Source: Coraliomargaritaceae bacterium (GTDB lineage: Bacteria > Verrucomicrobiota > Verrucomicrobiia > Opitutales > Coraliomargaritaceae). Taken from it: DNA of 64,000 bases. Position numbers and translations under genes: made by a program. Each line of letters starts with the position of its first letter. Within the stretch, counting starts at the first letter, position 1. Where the stretch lies: contig CBFHKU010000001.1 in assembly GCA_965656495.1 (NCBI GenBank), forward strand, positions 210,781 to 274,780, written 5' to 3'. The notes under the pieces are model-generated. The model did not search any database. It worked only from the letters and a program-made list of their open reading frames with translations, and was not told where the DNA came from. Shown here piece by piece: positions 29,159 through 40,595 of this stretch.

Positions 29159-29506
29159 ATGAAAACACAAGCTATCATGTTAGCTCTGTTGACAACACTC
29201 GTGTCCTTAACCGCACACGCGAACCAAGCAGGCTTAAGGCCTGAATTGGTAGACGCCGTAGCGCCCCATGCCGGGGATGCCGCAGTAGGCACAGTTGTCA
29301 CCGCTCTACTCACAGTCAGTGAGCAGGGCCGCATCGAAAACGTGAAAGTTGGGTATAACAACACCCCTCGCTTCGCCGAATCCGTGGCCGAAGTAGTGAA
29401 GCAATGGCGCTTCACTCCGGCGGTTCGCGATGGCAAAGCAGTGCGGTCCCTTGTTCTCGTGCCCTTTAGGGTAGTACCAGCGGACAGCCAAGTTGCGATG
29501 CGTTAA
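29159..29506 (+). CDS. Small secreted protein consisting of a TonB C-terminal domain
   Basis: Signal peptide ending AHA, then GTV...VSEQGRIENVKV...WRFTPAVRDGKAV...VPFR; no Pro-rich linker. Confidence 0.75.
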   Translation: MKTQAIMLALLTTLVSLTAHANQAGLRPELVDAVAPHAGDAAVGTVVTALLTVSEQGRIENVKVGYNNTPRFAESVAEVVKQWRFTPAVRDGKAVRSLVLVPFRVVPADSQVAMR

Positions 29507-29568
29507 ACTGAAAACCGGATCTTGCGGGAAGCCGCAAAATCCACCTGAACTAAAATAGAAAATGAACC

Positions 29569-29605
29569 GGCCGCTCTTCCATTTGTGGGGGAGCGGCCAC
29601 TTTTT
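29569..29605 (+). terminator. Rho-independent terminator after the mini-TonB gene
   Basis: GGCCGCTCTTCCA-TTTG-TGGGGGAGCGGCC-ACTTTTT. Confidence 0.7.
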
Positions 29606-29713
29606 GCCCGAATTAAGCCCAAGAAGGCTAAAAAAATTACAATAAAATCCTTGCACGGTGCAGGGAAGGGGCTACTTTCGCCATCTTTCTCTAATTCTAG
29701 CGTCTGAATTTTA

Positions 29714-30088
29714 ATGCCTACCATCAACCAACTTGTCCGCAATCCGCGCGCTGTGCAAAAAGCCCAGTCGAAATCGCGTGCGCTTAAAAACAATCCCTTC
29801 CGCCGCGGCGTCTGTGTGCAGGTCATGACCCGTACGCCCAAGAAGCCGAACTCCGCGATCCGTAAAGTTGCGAAGGTGCGCCTTACCACCGGGATCGAAG
29901 TTATCGCCTACATCCCTGACGAAGGACACAATCTACAGGAACACAGTATCGTCTTGGTACGCGGTGGTCGTGTGAAGGACCTTCCCGGTGTTCGTTACCA
30001 CATCGTGCGTGGCACCCTTGACTGCCAGGGAGTTGAAAAGCGCCGCCGCAGCCGTTCCAAGTATGGCGTTAAGAAGCCCAAGGAATAA
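29714..30088 (+). CDS. rpsL: 30S ribosomal protein S12
   Basis: [27 protein letters not shown]. Confidence 0.99.
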   Translation: MPTINQLVRNPRAVQKAQSKSRALKNNPFRRGVCVQVMTRTPKKPNSAIRKVAKVRLTTGIEVIAYIPDEGHNLQEHSIVLVRGGRVKDLPGVRYHIVRGTLDCQGVEKRRRSRSKYGVKKPKE

Positions 30089-30136
30089 ACACAACCGGTC
30101 GCCCATTTTATAAAACAATTTTTGAATCACTGAATT

Positions 30137-30610
30137 ATGTCACGTCGTCGCCAAGCCGTTAAACGTCCCGTCATTCCGGATCCCCGCTACAACAGCACTC
30201 TTGTGACCACCCTGGTCAACATGATCATGGAACGCGGCAAGCGCACCCTCGCGCAGCGCATCGTCTACACTGCTTTCCAGAAGGTCAGTGAAAAACTTGA
30301 AAAAGGTGATCCCGTCGACCTTGTGATGGGTGCTCTCGAAAACACCCGCCCGAAGCTCGAAGTCAAGAGCCGCCGCGTCGGTGGTGCCACCTATCAAGTG
30401 CCCGTAGAAGTTTCTTTTGAGCGCCAACAAAGCCTCGCTTTCCGTTGGATGGTTGCCTCAGCCCGCAAACGCAAAGGCGTTCCCATGGCTGAAGCCCTCG
30501 CCGATGAAATCGTCGACGCCTACAATAACACCGGCGCCGTCGTTAAGAAAAAAGAAGAAATGCACCGCATGGCTCAAGCCAACCGTGCCTTCGCGCATTT
30601 GCGCTGGTAA
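30137..30610 (+). CDS. rpsG: 30S ribosomal protein S7
   Basis: SRRVGGATYQVP, MAQANRAFAH. Confidence 0.99.
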   Translation: MSRRRQAVKRPVIPDPRYNSTLVTTLVNMIMERGKRTLAQRIVYTAFQKVSEKLEKGDPVDLVMGALENTRPKLEVKSRRVGGATYQVPVEVSFERQQSLAFRWMVASARKRKGVPMAEALADEIVDAYNNTGAVVKKKEEMHRMAQANRAFAHLRW

Positions 30611-30670
30611 GCACCGCGGCTCAGCCGCCCCTTACCGCCCCCTTGTTCTTTTCCAGTCGTATCGTTTTTT

Positions 30671-32821
30671 ATGTCAGCAGCAGCTACAGCATCCCTCAAT
30701 TCACCGAAGCGTAAGTTCCCCCTGGAGCATACGCGCAATATCGGTATTGCGGCGCATATCGATGCAGGCAAAACGACTACGACGGAAAGAATCCTTTTCT
30801 ACGCAGGGGTCGTCCACAAAATGGGCGAGGTCCACGAGGGCAGCGCCGTCACCGATTGGATGGAGCAGGAACGCGAACGCGGCATCACCATTACCTCCGC
30901 TGCGATTTCCTGTAACTGGACCAATACCGAAGGCCCCTACGCCGGGATCACCCAGCAAATCAATATCATCGATACCCCCGGCCACGTCGATTTTACCGCG
31001 GAGGTGGAGCGTTCCCTGCGCGTCCTCGACGGTGCGGTCGCGGTCTTTTGCGCGGTTGCCGGAGTTCAGCCCCAGTCCGAGACCGTCTGGCGGCAAATGA
31101 ATAAATACGCGGTCCCCCGGATCGCCTTTATCAACAAAATGGATCGCACCGGGGCAGATTTCCCGGCGGCTGTTACCTCCATGCGTGAGCGCCTCGGTGC
31201 CAAGGCTCAACCCATCTTTATCCCCATCGGTGCCGAGGAAGACTTTATTGGTCTCATCGATCTGGCATCCATGCAGGCGCATCTCTACGATTCCACTGAC
31301 GCCAGCGGAATGACTTACCAAACCGGGGAAATTCCAGCCGAGTATCAGGAGGAGGCTGCCGCTGCGCGGGAAGCACTCATCGAGGCGCTCGCCGATTGTG
31401 ATGATGAACTCGCCGATCTTTACCTAGGGGGAGGGGAGCTGACCGCCGATGCGATTCGCGCCGCGATCCGCCGTGCCACCACCAAACTTGAATTCTGCGC
31501 CGTTATTCCCGGAAGCGCCTTTAAGAACAAGGGAGTGCAGTCCGTCCTTGAATCGGTCGTCAACTACCTGCCCGCGCCCCTGGACCTGCCGCCGATGAAG
31601 GGCGAAGACAGCAAGGGCCGCGCCCTTGAAGTTGCGCCGGACGACAACGCCAAAGTCACGGGCCTCGCCTTCAAGCTCATGAACGACCCTTTCGTCGGCA
31701 AGCTCGTCTTTTTCCGCATTTACTCCGGTTCCTTGAAAAAAGGCAGCACCCTCTTCAACGCCCGCACTGGCAAAACCGAGCGCATCTCCCGCCTGCTCGT
31801 TATGAAAGCGGATGCCCGCGACGATATTGATGCGGCGTATTCCGGTGACATCTGCGCCCTTGTCGGTGCCCGCGATGTCATTACGGGTGATACCCTGAGC
31901 ACCAAAGGCTTCGATGTGCGGCTCGAACCGCCCACGTTCCCGGAACCCGTTATTTCCATGTCGATCGAGCCGAAGACCTCCGCCGATCAGGAAAAAATGG
32001 CGCTCGGGCTGCAACGTCTTGCAGAAGAAGATCCCACCTTCGTGGTCAGTACCGATGAGGAAACCGGGCAGACCTTGATTGCCGGAATGGGCGAGTTGCA
32101 CCTCGAAATCATCAAGGATCGTCTCTTTCGGGAATTCAAGGTCGGCGCCGCTGCCGGTCGTCCCCAAATCGCCTACCGCGAAGCCTTCGGTACCGCTGCG
32201 GAAGGCGAGGGCAAATTCATCCGTCAAAGCGGCGGCAAGGGACAATACGGACACGCCCGCATCAAAATCGAACCGCTCGAAAGAGGGCAGGGCATTGAAG
32301 TGGAAGACAAGACCGTCGGTGGCGTCATTCCCAAAGAATTCATCAAGCCCACTCTGGACGGCATCCGCGAGGCTGCCTGCAACGGTGTGCTCGCCGGTTA
32401 TCCGGTGGTCGATTTTAAAGCCACCCTTTACGACGGTTCCTTTCACGAAGTCGACTCCTCGGAGATGGCATTTAAAATGGCAGGCCTATTTGCCTTCCGT
32501 CATGCCATGGAGCAAGCCAGCCCCGTTCTGCTGGAACCCGTCATGGCTGTTGAAATCGAAACGCCCGAAGAATATCAGGGCGATATCCTCGGCGACCTCA
32601 ACCGCCGCCGGGGCCAAATCCAGAATATCGCCAACAAGGGCCAGTTTGCCACTTTCTCCGCCGCCGTCCCCCTCTCCGAGATGTTCGGCTATTCCACCAT
32701 CGTCCGTTCCCTTAGCAAGGGTAGGGCGTCCTTCAGCATGGAACCCAAGTCCTTCGAGGAAGTTCCTCCCAATATTCTAAAGTCAATCCAGGAGAGCACC
32801 CTGCACGGGTCTTTCCATTAA
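30671..32821 (+). CDS. fusA: Elongation factor G
   Basis: [41 protein letters not shown]. Confidence 0.97.
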   Translation: MSAAATASLNSPKRKFPLEHTRNIGIAAHIDAGKTTTTERILFYAGVVHKMGEVHEGSAVTDWMEQERERGITITSAAISCNWTNTEGPYAGITQQINIIDTPGHVDFTAEVERSLRVLDGAVAVFCAVAGVQPQSETVWRQMNKYAVPRIAFINKMDRTGADFPAAVTSMRERLGAKAQPIFIPIGAEEDFIGLIDLASMQAHLYDSTDASGMTYQTGEIPAEYQEEAAAAREALIEALADCDDELADLYLGGGELTADAIRAAIRRATTKLEFCAVIPGSAFKNKGVQSVLESVVNYLPAPLDLPPMKGEDSKGRALEVAPDDNAKVTGLAFKLMNDPFVGKLVFFRIYSGSLKKGSTLFNARTGKTERISRLLVMKADARDDIDAAYSGDICALVGARDVITGDTLSTKGFDVRLEPPTFPEPVISMSIEPKTSADQEKMALGLQRLAEEDPTFVVSTDEETGQTLIAGMGELHLEIIKDRLFREFKVGAAAGRPQIAYREAFGTAAEGEGKFIRQSGGKGQYGHARIKIEPLERGQGIEVEDKTVGGVIPKEFIKPTLDGIREAACNGVLAGYPVVDFKATLYDGSFHEVDSSEMAFKMAGLFAFRHAMEQASPVLLEPVMAVEIETPEEYQGDILGDLNRRRGQIQNIANKGQFATFSAAVPLSEMFGYSTIVRSLSKGRASFSMEPKSFEEVPPNILKSIQESTLHGSFH

Positions 32822-32842
32822 TTCAACCAACCAATACCAACT

Positions 32843-33151
32843 ATGAGTGCACCTAAAATCCGTATCCGCCTTAAAGGCTTTGATTACCGCGTTGTTGACC
32901 AGTCCGCCCAAGACATTGTCGAGACTGCCAAACGCTCCGGAGCCCGCGTTGCCGGTCCCGTTCCCATGCCCACCCGCATTGAGAAATTCACCGTCAATCG
33001 TTCCGTTCACGTCAATAAAAAGGCGATGGAGCAATTCGAAGTCCGCACCCACAAGCGACTCATTGACATCATTGAACCCACCGCCGCCACCGTCGACGAG
33101 TTGAAGAAGCTCAACCTCCCCGCCGGTGTCGATATTTCAATTAATGTCTAG
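32843..33151 (+). CDS. rpsJ: 30S ribosomal protein S10
   Basis: [25 protein letters not shown]. Confidence 0.99.
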   Translation: MSAPKIRIRLKGFDYRVVDQSAQDIVETAKRSGARVAGPVPMPTRIEKFTVNRSVHVNKKAMEQFEVRTHKRLIDIIEPTAATVDELKKLNLPAGVDISINV

Positions 33152-33251
33152 AACTTGGAAATTTCCAAAATCAGGTCTTGACGCGCGCGAAAAAACAACC
33201 TTTTCTCTCGCGCTCGCTCTCTTAACAGCGATCTTTTCACAATTTTAATCT

Positions 33252-33300
33252 CTAACGCAGGTCTAAACCAAACGGAGCCCCTGTTCCACCTGCCAATTAG
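33252..33300 (+). promoter_or_regulatory. Candidate L4-responsive leader RNA upstream of rplC
   Basis: GCAGGT/ACCTGC stem enclosing CTAAACCAAACGGAGCC, similar to the 23S rRNA segment GGUUAACC...GGAGCC. Confidence 0.4.
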
Positions 33301-33303
33301 TTT

Positions 33304-33948
33304 ATGAACGTAGCCCTACTAGGTAAAAAGATAGGTATGACACAGGTATTCGACGATGCAAATCGTATGATACCCGTTACCGTCATCGAAGCCGGTCCCT
33401 GCCCTGTAACTCAGGTTAAGTCAGACGAGACCGATGGATACAACGCCGTGCAAATTGGCTTCCGTGCCCAAAAATCCCAGCGCCTCTCCAAGGCCGCCCG
33501 CGGTCACTTTGAAAAAGCCGGAGTTGAAGCACAAGCCGAACTCAGCGAATTCCGCACCAATGGCGACCACGAGTTGAACGTCGGTGACGTCCTCACCGTC
33601 GAGCATTTCGAAGCCGGTCAAAAGATCGACGTCATCGGAACTTCCAAGGGTCGCGGTTTCCAGGGCGTCGTCAAACGCTACGGTTTTGCCGGTGGCCCCG
33701 CCTCGCACGGTTCCATGTTCCACCGTCGCGGTGGTTCCTACGGTATGTGCCAGTGGCCCGGTCACGTTATTAAAGGCAAGAAAATGCCCGGTCACATGGG
33801 TGACGTGCAGCGCACCGTTCAAAACCTCACGGTTGTGAAGGTCGTGCCCGAGAAGAACCTCATCCTTATTAAGGGAAGCGTCCCCGGCGCGCGCGGCAGT
33901 CTCCTCACTGTCCGTTCCGCTGTTAAAAACAAAGTCCGCAAGGGATAA
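33304..33948 (+). CDS. rplC: 50S ribosomal protein L3
   Basis: LGKKIGMTQ, SKGRGFQGVVKR, KGKKMPGHMG. Confidence 0.98.
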   Translation: MNVALLGKKIGMTQVFDDANRMIPVTVIEAGPCPVTQVKSDETDGYNAVQIGFRAQKSQRLSKAARGHFEKAGVEAQAELSEFRTNGDHELNVGDVLTVEHFEAGQKIDVIGTSKGRGFQGVVKRYGFAGGPASHGSMFHRRGGSYGMCQWPGHVIKGKKMPGHMGDVQRTVQNLTVVKVVPEKNLILIKGSVPGARGSLLTVRSAVKNKVRKG

Positions 33949-33971
33949 GCCAACCGCCAGCCTAAACGAAC

Positions 33972-34607
33972 ATGAAACTTAAAGTTTATACCGCCGACGG
34001 AACCAGCAGCGAAGAAAAAGAATTCGCGGCATTCCCACAATTTGAAGACGACAAGGGCGTAGCCGCGCTCCGCCAGGTTGTCATCGCCCACCAGGCCAAC
34101 AAACGCCAGGGCAACGCCAGCACCAAGACTCGCGCCGAAGTCAGTGGTACCGGTAAGAAACTCTTCCGCCAAAAAGGCAGCGGTACCGCCCGCCAGGGTT
34201 CCCGCCGCGTCCCCCACCAACGCCACGGTGGTGTCGCTCACGGCCCCAAGCCCCGCGACTACTCGCAGAAAATCAATCGCAAGATGAAGCAACTCGCCTT
34301 CCAACGCGCCCTCTTTGAGCGTGCCAATGAAGGACGCATCTCGGTTATCGAAGCCATCCAAAGCGAGGCACCCAAAACCAAGATCTTCAATCAGGTCCTC
34401 ACCGCCGTCCTCCCGGAACGCGGCAAAGTCCTCATCATTGACGATTCCTTTGAAAACAACGCCGCCCTTGCTGCCCGCAATATCGAAGGCGTTGCCCTTA
34501 CCGAAGCCGGCAACCTCAGTACATTGGATGTAGTGCGCTATCCCAACATCCTTGTCAGTGCCAAAGGCATCGAAACCATTCTCGCACGCGCAAACGGAGC
34601 TGAATAA
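33972..34607 (+). CDS. rplD: 50S ribosomal protein L4
   Basis: TKTRAEVSG, RQKGSGTARQGS, HGPKPRDY. Confidence 0.98.
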   Translation: MKLKVYTADGTSSEEKEFAAFPQFEDDKGVAALRQVVIAHQANKRQGNASTKTRAEVSGTGKKLFRQKGSGTARQGSRRVPHQRHGGVAHGPKPRDYSQKINRKMKQLAFQRALFERANEGRISVIEAIQSEAPKTKIFNQVLTAVLPERGKVLIIDDSFENNAALAARNIEGVALTEAGNLSTLDVVRYPNILVSAKGIETILARANGAE

Positions 34608-34608
34608 A

Positions 34609-34899
34609 ATGATTATCGCTGACAAAATTCTGCGCGAGTATCGCGTGACCGAAAAGGCTGCCAATCTCGCCGCCAATCAAAACCAGTACACCTTTGAGGT
34701 GGCGCCCGATGCCAACCGCAAGGAGATCGCCCGCGCGGTCGAACAGGTTTTCAACGTCACCGTTACCAACGTGAACACCCTTATTCGCAAGCCCAAGGCC
34801 AAAACCGACCGCGCCCGCCGCGGACGTCCCGGTACCAAGGGCGGACACAAAAAAGCCATCGTTACCCTGAAAGAGGGCGATGCTATCGAACTCGTTTAA
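34609..34899 (+). CDS. rplW: 50S ribosomal protein L23
   Basis: VTEKA, YTFEV, KKAIVTL; start trimmed to MIIADK. Confidence 0.96.
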   Translation: MIIADKILREYRVTEKAANLAANQNQYTFEVAPDANRKEIARAVEQVFNVTVTNVNTLIRKPKAKTDRARRGRPGTKGGHKKAIVTLKEGDAIELV

Positions 34900-34919
34900 A
34901 CCTTTAGAGAACGCCAGCC

Positions 34920-35765
34920 ATGCCACTCAACAGTTCCAGACCACTCACTCCCGGACAGCGCTTCCTGACCCGCAATAAGCAGGATGTCTCTAAAAAAGAG
35001 CCGGAACGTCGCCTCACCAAGCACAAGCACATCAAGAAGGGACGCAACTGCTACGGACGCATTACTTCCCGTCGCCGTGGTGGCGGCCACAAGCGCGCCT
35101 ATCGCATCATCGATTTCCGTCGCGACAAAATCGACATCCCCGCCAAGGTGCAGGCCATCGAGTACGATCCCAATCGTTCCGCCAACCTGGCCCTCCTCGC
35201 TTACGCAGATGGCGAAAAACGTTACATCCTCGCCCCTCGCGGCGTCCAGGCGGGTGACGTTCTCCTCAATGTTGACAAGCGCGTTGAGTTCAAGCCCGGC
35301 TATTCCATGCCGCTGAGCTTCATTCCGGCAGCCACCAAAATTCATGCCATTGAGCTCCACCCCGGTCGCGGCGCCCAAATCGCCCGTTCCGCCGGACAAA
35401 ACGCCCAACTCATTTCCGTGGAAGGCGACCGTGCCACTGTTAAATTACCGTCCGGTGAAATCCGTTACTTGAACTCCAAGTGCCGTGCCACCATCGGTGA
35501 GGTCGGCAACCACGAACACCAAAACCAGAGCCTTGGCAAAGCCGGCCGCAACCGTTGGTTGGGTCGTCGTCCCCGCGTCCGCGGTGTTGCCATGAATCCC
35601 GTCGATCACCCCATGGGTGGTGGTGAGGGTCGTACCTCCGGTGGCGGTCATCCCCAGTCGCCCTGGGGTCAGCTCTCCAAAGGATTCCCGACCCGCAAAA
35701 AGTCCAATCCTACCAATTCTCAAATTCTGGTGCGCCGCAACGGTCGCCCCATGAAGCGCAAATAA
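34920..35765 (+). CDS. rplB: 50S ribosomal protein L2
   Basis: [26 protein letters not shown]. Confidence 0.99.
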   Translation: MPLNSSRPLTPGQRFLTRNKQDVSKKEPERRLTKHKHIKKGRNCYGRITSRRRGGGHKRAYRIIDFRRDKIDIPAKVQAIEYDPNRSANLALLAYADGEKRYILAPRGVQAGDVLLNVDKRVEFKPGYSMPLSFIPAATKIHAIELHPGRGAQIARSAGQNAQLISVEGDRATVKLPSGEIRYLNSKCRATIGEVGNHEHQNQSLGKAGRNRWLGRRPRVRGVAMNPVDHPMGGGEGRTSGGGHPQSPWGQLSKGFPTRKKSNPTNSQILVRRNGRPMKRK

Positions 35766-35783
35766 TCAAACGAGATTCTTCTT

Positions 35784-36050
35784 ATGTCACGCTCCGTTAA
35801 AAAAGGATTCTTCGTCGATCCCCACCTTGCCAAAAAAGTGGATGCCGCTCAGGCCAGCAATGACCGCAAGCCTATCCAGACTTGGTCACGACGCTCTACC
35901 ATCACCCCCGATTTCGTGGGACTCAACTTCAATGTCCATAACGGCCGCAGCTTCCTGCCCGTCTATGTCACTGAAAACATGGTGGGCCACAAGCTCGGCG
36001 AGTTTGCTCCCACCCGCACCTTCAAGTCGCACCAAGCCGGTAAGAAATAA
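35784..36050 (+). CDS. rpsS: 30S ribosomal protein S19
   Basis: [21 protein letters not shown]. Confidence 0.99.
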   Translation: MSRSVKKGFFVDPHLAKKVDAAQASNDRKPIQTWSRRSTITPDFVGLNFNVHNGRSFLPVYVTENMVGHKLGEFAPTRTFKSHQAGKK

Positions 36051-36082
36051 CCCTGCCGCGAACCGATAAACACTCACCTTTC

Positions 36083-36454
36083 ATGCACACCCGTCTCCCA
36101 ATGCACCAAGCCCTGATCGCCGGCCTCATCGCCGTCGCGACCGCTTTGCCCTGCATCGGGACCGCTGCGCAACCCGCCTTCATCGCCGAAGGCCTCTATA
36201 CTCCCAACGCCGCACCCGTCGCGGAAGTTCTGGCCGGTGAAGATACCGACCTCGTGGTCATCGAAGGGGGACTGCTCCAAGGCCTGCGCCGGGGTATGAT
36301 CTGCCGCATCGAACGCGGTGACCGCACCGTCGGAGAGGTTCTCATCATCGCCTCCCGCGAACAGCGCGCCGCCGCTCTCATCCTTCAAATCGCACGCGAG
36401 ACCACCATCCAATCCGGTGATATCGCACGCATTAAGACTTTTCAAAACTCATAA
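36083..36454 (+). CDS. Exported hypothetical protein (FlgT C-terminal-like beta domain) inserted between rpsS and rplV
   Basis: Fills the whole gap, native C-rich codon usage, hydrophobic N-terminus, VVIEGGLLQGLRRG...VGEVLI...IQSGD pattern; start may be 36101. Confidence 0.7.
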   Translation: MHTRLPMHQALIAGLIAVATALPCIGTAAQPAFIAEGLYTPNAAPVAEVLAGEDTDLVVIEGGLLQGLRRGMICRIERGDRTVGEVLIIASREQRAAALILQIARETTIQSGDIARIKTFQNS

Positions 36455-36466
36455 CCCTTCATCAAA

Positions 36467-36802
36467 ATGCAGGTTCAAGCTTATACCAAATACGCCCGGA
36501 TGTCGCCCGTTAAAGTGCGCGACATAACCCGCGCCATCCAAGGACGCAATGCCGCCGAGGCAGTCGAAATCCTCCGCTTCATTCCGCGCAAATCGGCACG
36601 ACTTGTCAGCAAGACCCTCAAGTCCGCCATCGCGAACGCTGAAAACAACAACAACCTTTCCTCCGACGCGCTCACCATTCAGTCCGCAACGGTCGAACAA
36701 GGCCCCGCCTTTAAACGTTTCCGCCCCGCAGCACGCGGTTCCGCGCACCCTTACAAAAAGGCCACCAGCCATATTCGCATCATCCTCACAGACGACGCCT
36801 AA
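36467..36802 (+). CDS. rplV: 50S ribosomal protein L22
   Basis: RMSPVKVR, SAIANAENN, RPAARG, TSHI. Confidence 0.98.
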   Translation: MQVQAYTKYARMSPVKVRDITRAIQGRNAAEAVEILRFIPRKSARLVSKTLKSAIANAENNNNLSSDALTIQSATVEQGPAFKRFRPAARGSAHPYKKATSHIRIILTDDA

Positions 36803-36825
36803 ACCAAATTGCTTAACTAAAACTC

Positions 36826-37458
36826 ATGGGACAAAAAACGCATCCAACCGGCTTCCGCCTAGCAGTCACCCGCGACTGGGATTCCCGCTGGTACGCCAGC
36901 AAAAAAGACTTCCCCGGCTACCTTAAGGAAGACCACACCATTCGTACCTTCCTCGAGAAGAAACTGCGCTACGCCTCGGTGCCCCGCATCTTCATCGAGC
37001 GCGCCTCGGGTCGTATCCGCGTTAAAATTCACACGGCCCGCCCGGGCGTCGTGATCGGTCGCAAGGGCCAGGAACTCGATAAGCTCAAGGCTCAACTCAA
37101 CAAGAAGGTCGGCAAGGACATCATGCTCGACATTCAGGAAGTCAAGCGCCCCGACCTCTCCGCCCAACTGGTTGCTGAAAACGTTGCCCTGCAACTGGAG
37201 CGACGCATCGCCTTCCGCCGCGCCATGAAACGCGCCGTGCAAACAACCATGGCGATGGGTGCCGAGGGTATTCGTATTCAATGCAGCGGTCGCCTCGGTG
37301 GCGCCGACATCGCCCGCACCGAGCAACAACGCGAGGGCAAGGTTCCCCTCCAAACCCTCCGCGCGAAAATCGACTACGGCTTCAGCGAAGCCAGCACCGT
37401 TTACGGCATCATTGGCATCAAATGCTGGATCTGCCTCCCCGAGGACGACTCCGAATAA
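36826..37458 (+). CDS. rpsC: 30S ribosomal protein S3
   Basis: [33 protein letters not shown]. Confidence 0.99.
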   Translation: MGQKTHPTGFRLAVTRDWDSRWYASKKDFPGYLKEDHTIRTFLEKKLRYASVPRIFIERASGRIRVKIHTARPGVVIGRKGQELDKLKAQLNKKVGKDIMLDIQEVKRPDLSAQLVAENVALQLERRIAFRRAMKRAVQTTMAMGAEGIRIQCSGRLGGADIARTEQQREGKVPLQTLRAKIDYGFSEASTVYGIIGIKCWICLPEDDSE

Positions 37459-37503
37459 TCCAATCTTTTTTTAATTTAAAATAAACTTTCCACACCGCGA
37501 ATC

Positions 37504-37920
<417 letters not shown>

Positions 37921-37956
37921 ACGCAAGCACATCCAAGAAACGAACAAGCTCTTCTA

Positions 37957-38160
37957 ATGAACACTAAAGATATACGCGAAATGTCAGAAGCTGAAATCGA
38001 AAAAAAGCTGCGTGATACCCGTGACGCTCAAGTTAACCTCCGTCTGCGTAAACAGACCGGACAGGTTGAGCATCCCCATGAATTCACCAACCTGCGCCGC
38101 GAAATCGCACGCCTCGAAACCATTCTCCGTGAGAAAAAACTCGCGGCGACTGAGGCTTAA
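37957..38160 (+). CDS. rpmC: 50S ribosomal protein L29
   Basis: LRREIARLET; position in operon. Confidence 0.95.
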   Translation: MNTKDIREMSEAEIEKKLRDTRDAQVNLRLRKQTGQVEHPHEFTNLRREIARLETILREKKLAATEA

Positions 38161-38180
38161 TCCACTAGCACCGCATTACC

Positions 38181-38474
38181 ATGGAAGCAACCGCTACACG
38201 CAACTCCCGCAAGTCCCTCATCGGAACCGTCACCAGTCGTTCCGGCGACAAGACCATCAAGGTCACCTATTTCTACAAGATCCCGCACCCGCTTTACCGC
38301 AAGGAGATCAAGCGCAAAACCGTGGTTCACGTCCACGATGAAGCCAATGACTGCGGAATCGGCGACCGTGTCGAAATCATGGAAACCCGTCCGATCAGCA
38401 AGCTCAAGCGTTGGCGCGTCACCCGTGTGCTCGAGCGCGCTCCCAAGCTCGATGGCGATAGCAAGGATGCATAA
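38181..38474 (+). CDS. rpsQ: 30S ribosomal protein S17
   Basis: GDKTIKV, HPLY, ETRPISKLKRW. Confidence 0.98.
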   Translation: MEATATRNSRKSLIGTVTSRSGDKTIKVTYFYKIPHPLYRKEIKRKTVVHVHDEANDCGIGDRVEIMETRPISKLKRWRVTRVLERAPKLDGDSKDA

Positions 38475-38526
38475 GCCCGCATACGGCCCTCTATTTAACA
38501 TTTCAACAATTCAACAGCCTTAAGTC

Positions 38527-38889
38527 ATGATACAGATGAACAGCCGCGTTTTTATCGCGGATAACACCGGTGCTAAATCCGCCGAAATGATCCGCCGCCT
38601 TGGTCAAAACAAGACCACTGCTTCGGTGGGTGATGTCATTGTCTGCAATGTTAAGGAAGCGTCCACCGATGCCTCCGTTAAAAAAGGCGAGGTCGTCAAG
38701 GCGGTGGTAGTGCGAACCGTTGCACCGATTCGCCGTGGTGATGGCAGCTATCTGCGCTTCGACAACAACGCCGTGGTCATCATCAATGCCGACGGCAATC
38801 CTAAAGGCACCCGCATCTTTGGCCCCGTCGCCCGTGAGCTGCGCGCCAAGTATATGAAAATCATTTCCCTTGCACCGGAGGTACTCTAG
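38527..38889 (+). CDS. rplN: 50S ribosomal protein L14
   Basis: [27 protein letters not shown]. Confidence 0.99.
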   Translation: MIQMNSRVFIADNTGAKSAEMIRRLGQNKTTASVGDVIVCNVKEASTDASVKKGEVVKAVVVRTVAPIRRGDGSYLRFDNNAVVIINADGNPKGTRIFGPVARELRAKYMKIISLAPEVL

Positions 38890-38891
38890 TT

Positions 38892-39134
38892 ATGGCTAAA
38901 ACAATCAAACGCGAACAGGAAGTGGTCGTCATCGCAGGCGCCCACAAAGGCAAACGCGGCAAGGTCCTCGAGGTCAAAGCCCCTGAGAAAATCCTCGTTG
39001 AAGGCGTAAACCTCATCACCAAATACGAGCGCAAAACTCAAGAGAACCCCGAGGGGGGATCTGTGCAGCGCGAAGCACCCATTCATTATTCCAACGTCAT
39101 GCCCGCCGAGAAGTATGACGCCAAATCCAAATAA
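38892..39134 (+). CDS. rplX: 50S ribosomal protein L24 (short form)
   Basis: VIAGAHKGKRGKV, VEGVN, EAPIHYSNV. Confidence 0.95.
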   Translation: MAKTIKREQEVVVIAGAHKGKRGKVLEVKAPEKILVEGVNLITKYERKTQENPEGGSVQREAPIHYSNVMPAEKYDAKSK

Positions 39135-39188
39135 TTTCCGATCCTATTAATCCTCAAGCCGCCGGGTCAGAAATCCGGCCGTCGAACA

Positions 39189-39803
39189 ATGGAACAAGCA
39201 CTCCTTCAAAAACAATACACTGAGAAAGTCATTCCCGAATTGATGAAAAAGTTCGGGTTCGACAATCCCCATGTCGTCCCCGCGATCAGCAAGGTCGTCA
39301 TTAATTCCGGATTCAGCGCTACCTCCGATAAAAATCACGTCGCTTACGTGAATGATGAGATCACCAAGATCGCCGGACAGCGCCCCGTCATTACCAAGGC
39401 GAAACTCAGCATCTCAAACTTCAAACTCCGCGAGGGTCAGCCCATCGGTTGTAAGGTAACGTTGCGTGGCCGTGCCATGTATGACTTTCTCGCCCGCCTC
39501 ATTTTCATCGCCTTGCCCTGCATTCGTGACTTCCGCGGAGTGCCCGCCAAACTCGATGGTCAGGGCAACTACACCCTCGGCATCACCGATCATTCCATCT
39601 TCCCGGAAATCAGCGCCGACGGTACAACTGCCACCATTGGTATGGATATTTGCATCAATACCTCTGCCAGCAACGATGAAGCAGGTCGCGAACTCCTCCG
39701 CTGCCTGGGAATGCCTTTCCGTAAATCCACCTCTGAAATCGCTGCCGAGGAAGCCGCCGCTGAATCTGCTCCCGAAGCTCCCGCAGAGGCCACTGAAGCT
39801 TAA
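39189..39803 (+). CDS. rplE: 50S ribosomal protein L5
   Basis: FKLREG, LPCIRDFRG, GNYTLG, GMPF; acidic tail. Confidence 0.98.
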   Translation: MEQALLQKQYTEKVIPELMKKFGFDNPHVVPAISKVVINSGFSATSDKNHVAYVNDEITKIAGQRPVITKAKLSISNFKLREGQPIGCKVTLRGRAMYDFLARLIFIALPCIRDFRGVPAKLDGQGNYTLGITDHSIFPEISADGTTATIGMDICINTSASNDEAGRELLRCLGMPFRKSTSEIAAEEAAAESAPEAPAEATEA

Positions 39804-39821
39804 TTTAATTTACCAAAAATC

Positions 39822-40127
39822 ATGGCTAAAATATCCGCAATCCACCGCAACAAGAAGCGCGAGCGCCTCATCGCCAAATACGCTGCCAAGCGCAAAGAGC
39901 TCAAGGCAATCCTCGCCAACCCCGAGACCACCGACGAGGAGTTCTACAAAGCGCAGGCAAAACTCTGCAAGCTCCCCAAAAACAGCTCACCCATCCGCGC
40001 GCGCAATCGTTGCTCCGTTACCGGACGCCCACGCGCCTTTATCCGCAAGTTCGGTCTTTCCCGTATCACTTTCCGCGAACTCGCCTCTCAGGGCAAAATT
40101 CCCGGCGTTACCAAATCCTCTTGGTAA
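39822..40127 (+). CDS. rpsN: 30S ribosomal protein S14 (long, zinc-independent type)
   Basis: 101 aa, [20 protein letters not shown]; lacks full CxxC pairs. Confidence 0.97.
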   Translation: MAKISAIHRNKKRERLIAKYAAKRKELKAILANPETTDEEFYKAQAKLCKLPKNSSPIRARNRCSVTGRPRAFIRKFGLSRITFRELASQGKIPGVTKSSW

Positions 40128-40153
40128 GCATTTTTCTTAATCACAAACACTCA

Positions 40154-40578
<425 letters not shown>

Positions 40579-40595
40579 CTTGAAAGGCAGCCACT

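Noticed and set aside
39157..39182. Hairpin before rplE as an S8 operator
   Set aside because: Position fits, but the hairpin is short and I could not see the S8-binding internal-loop signature
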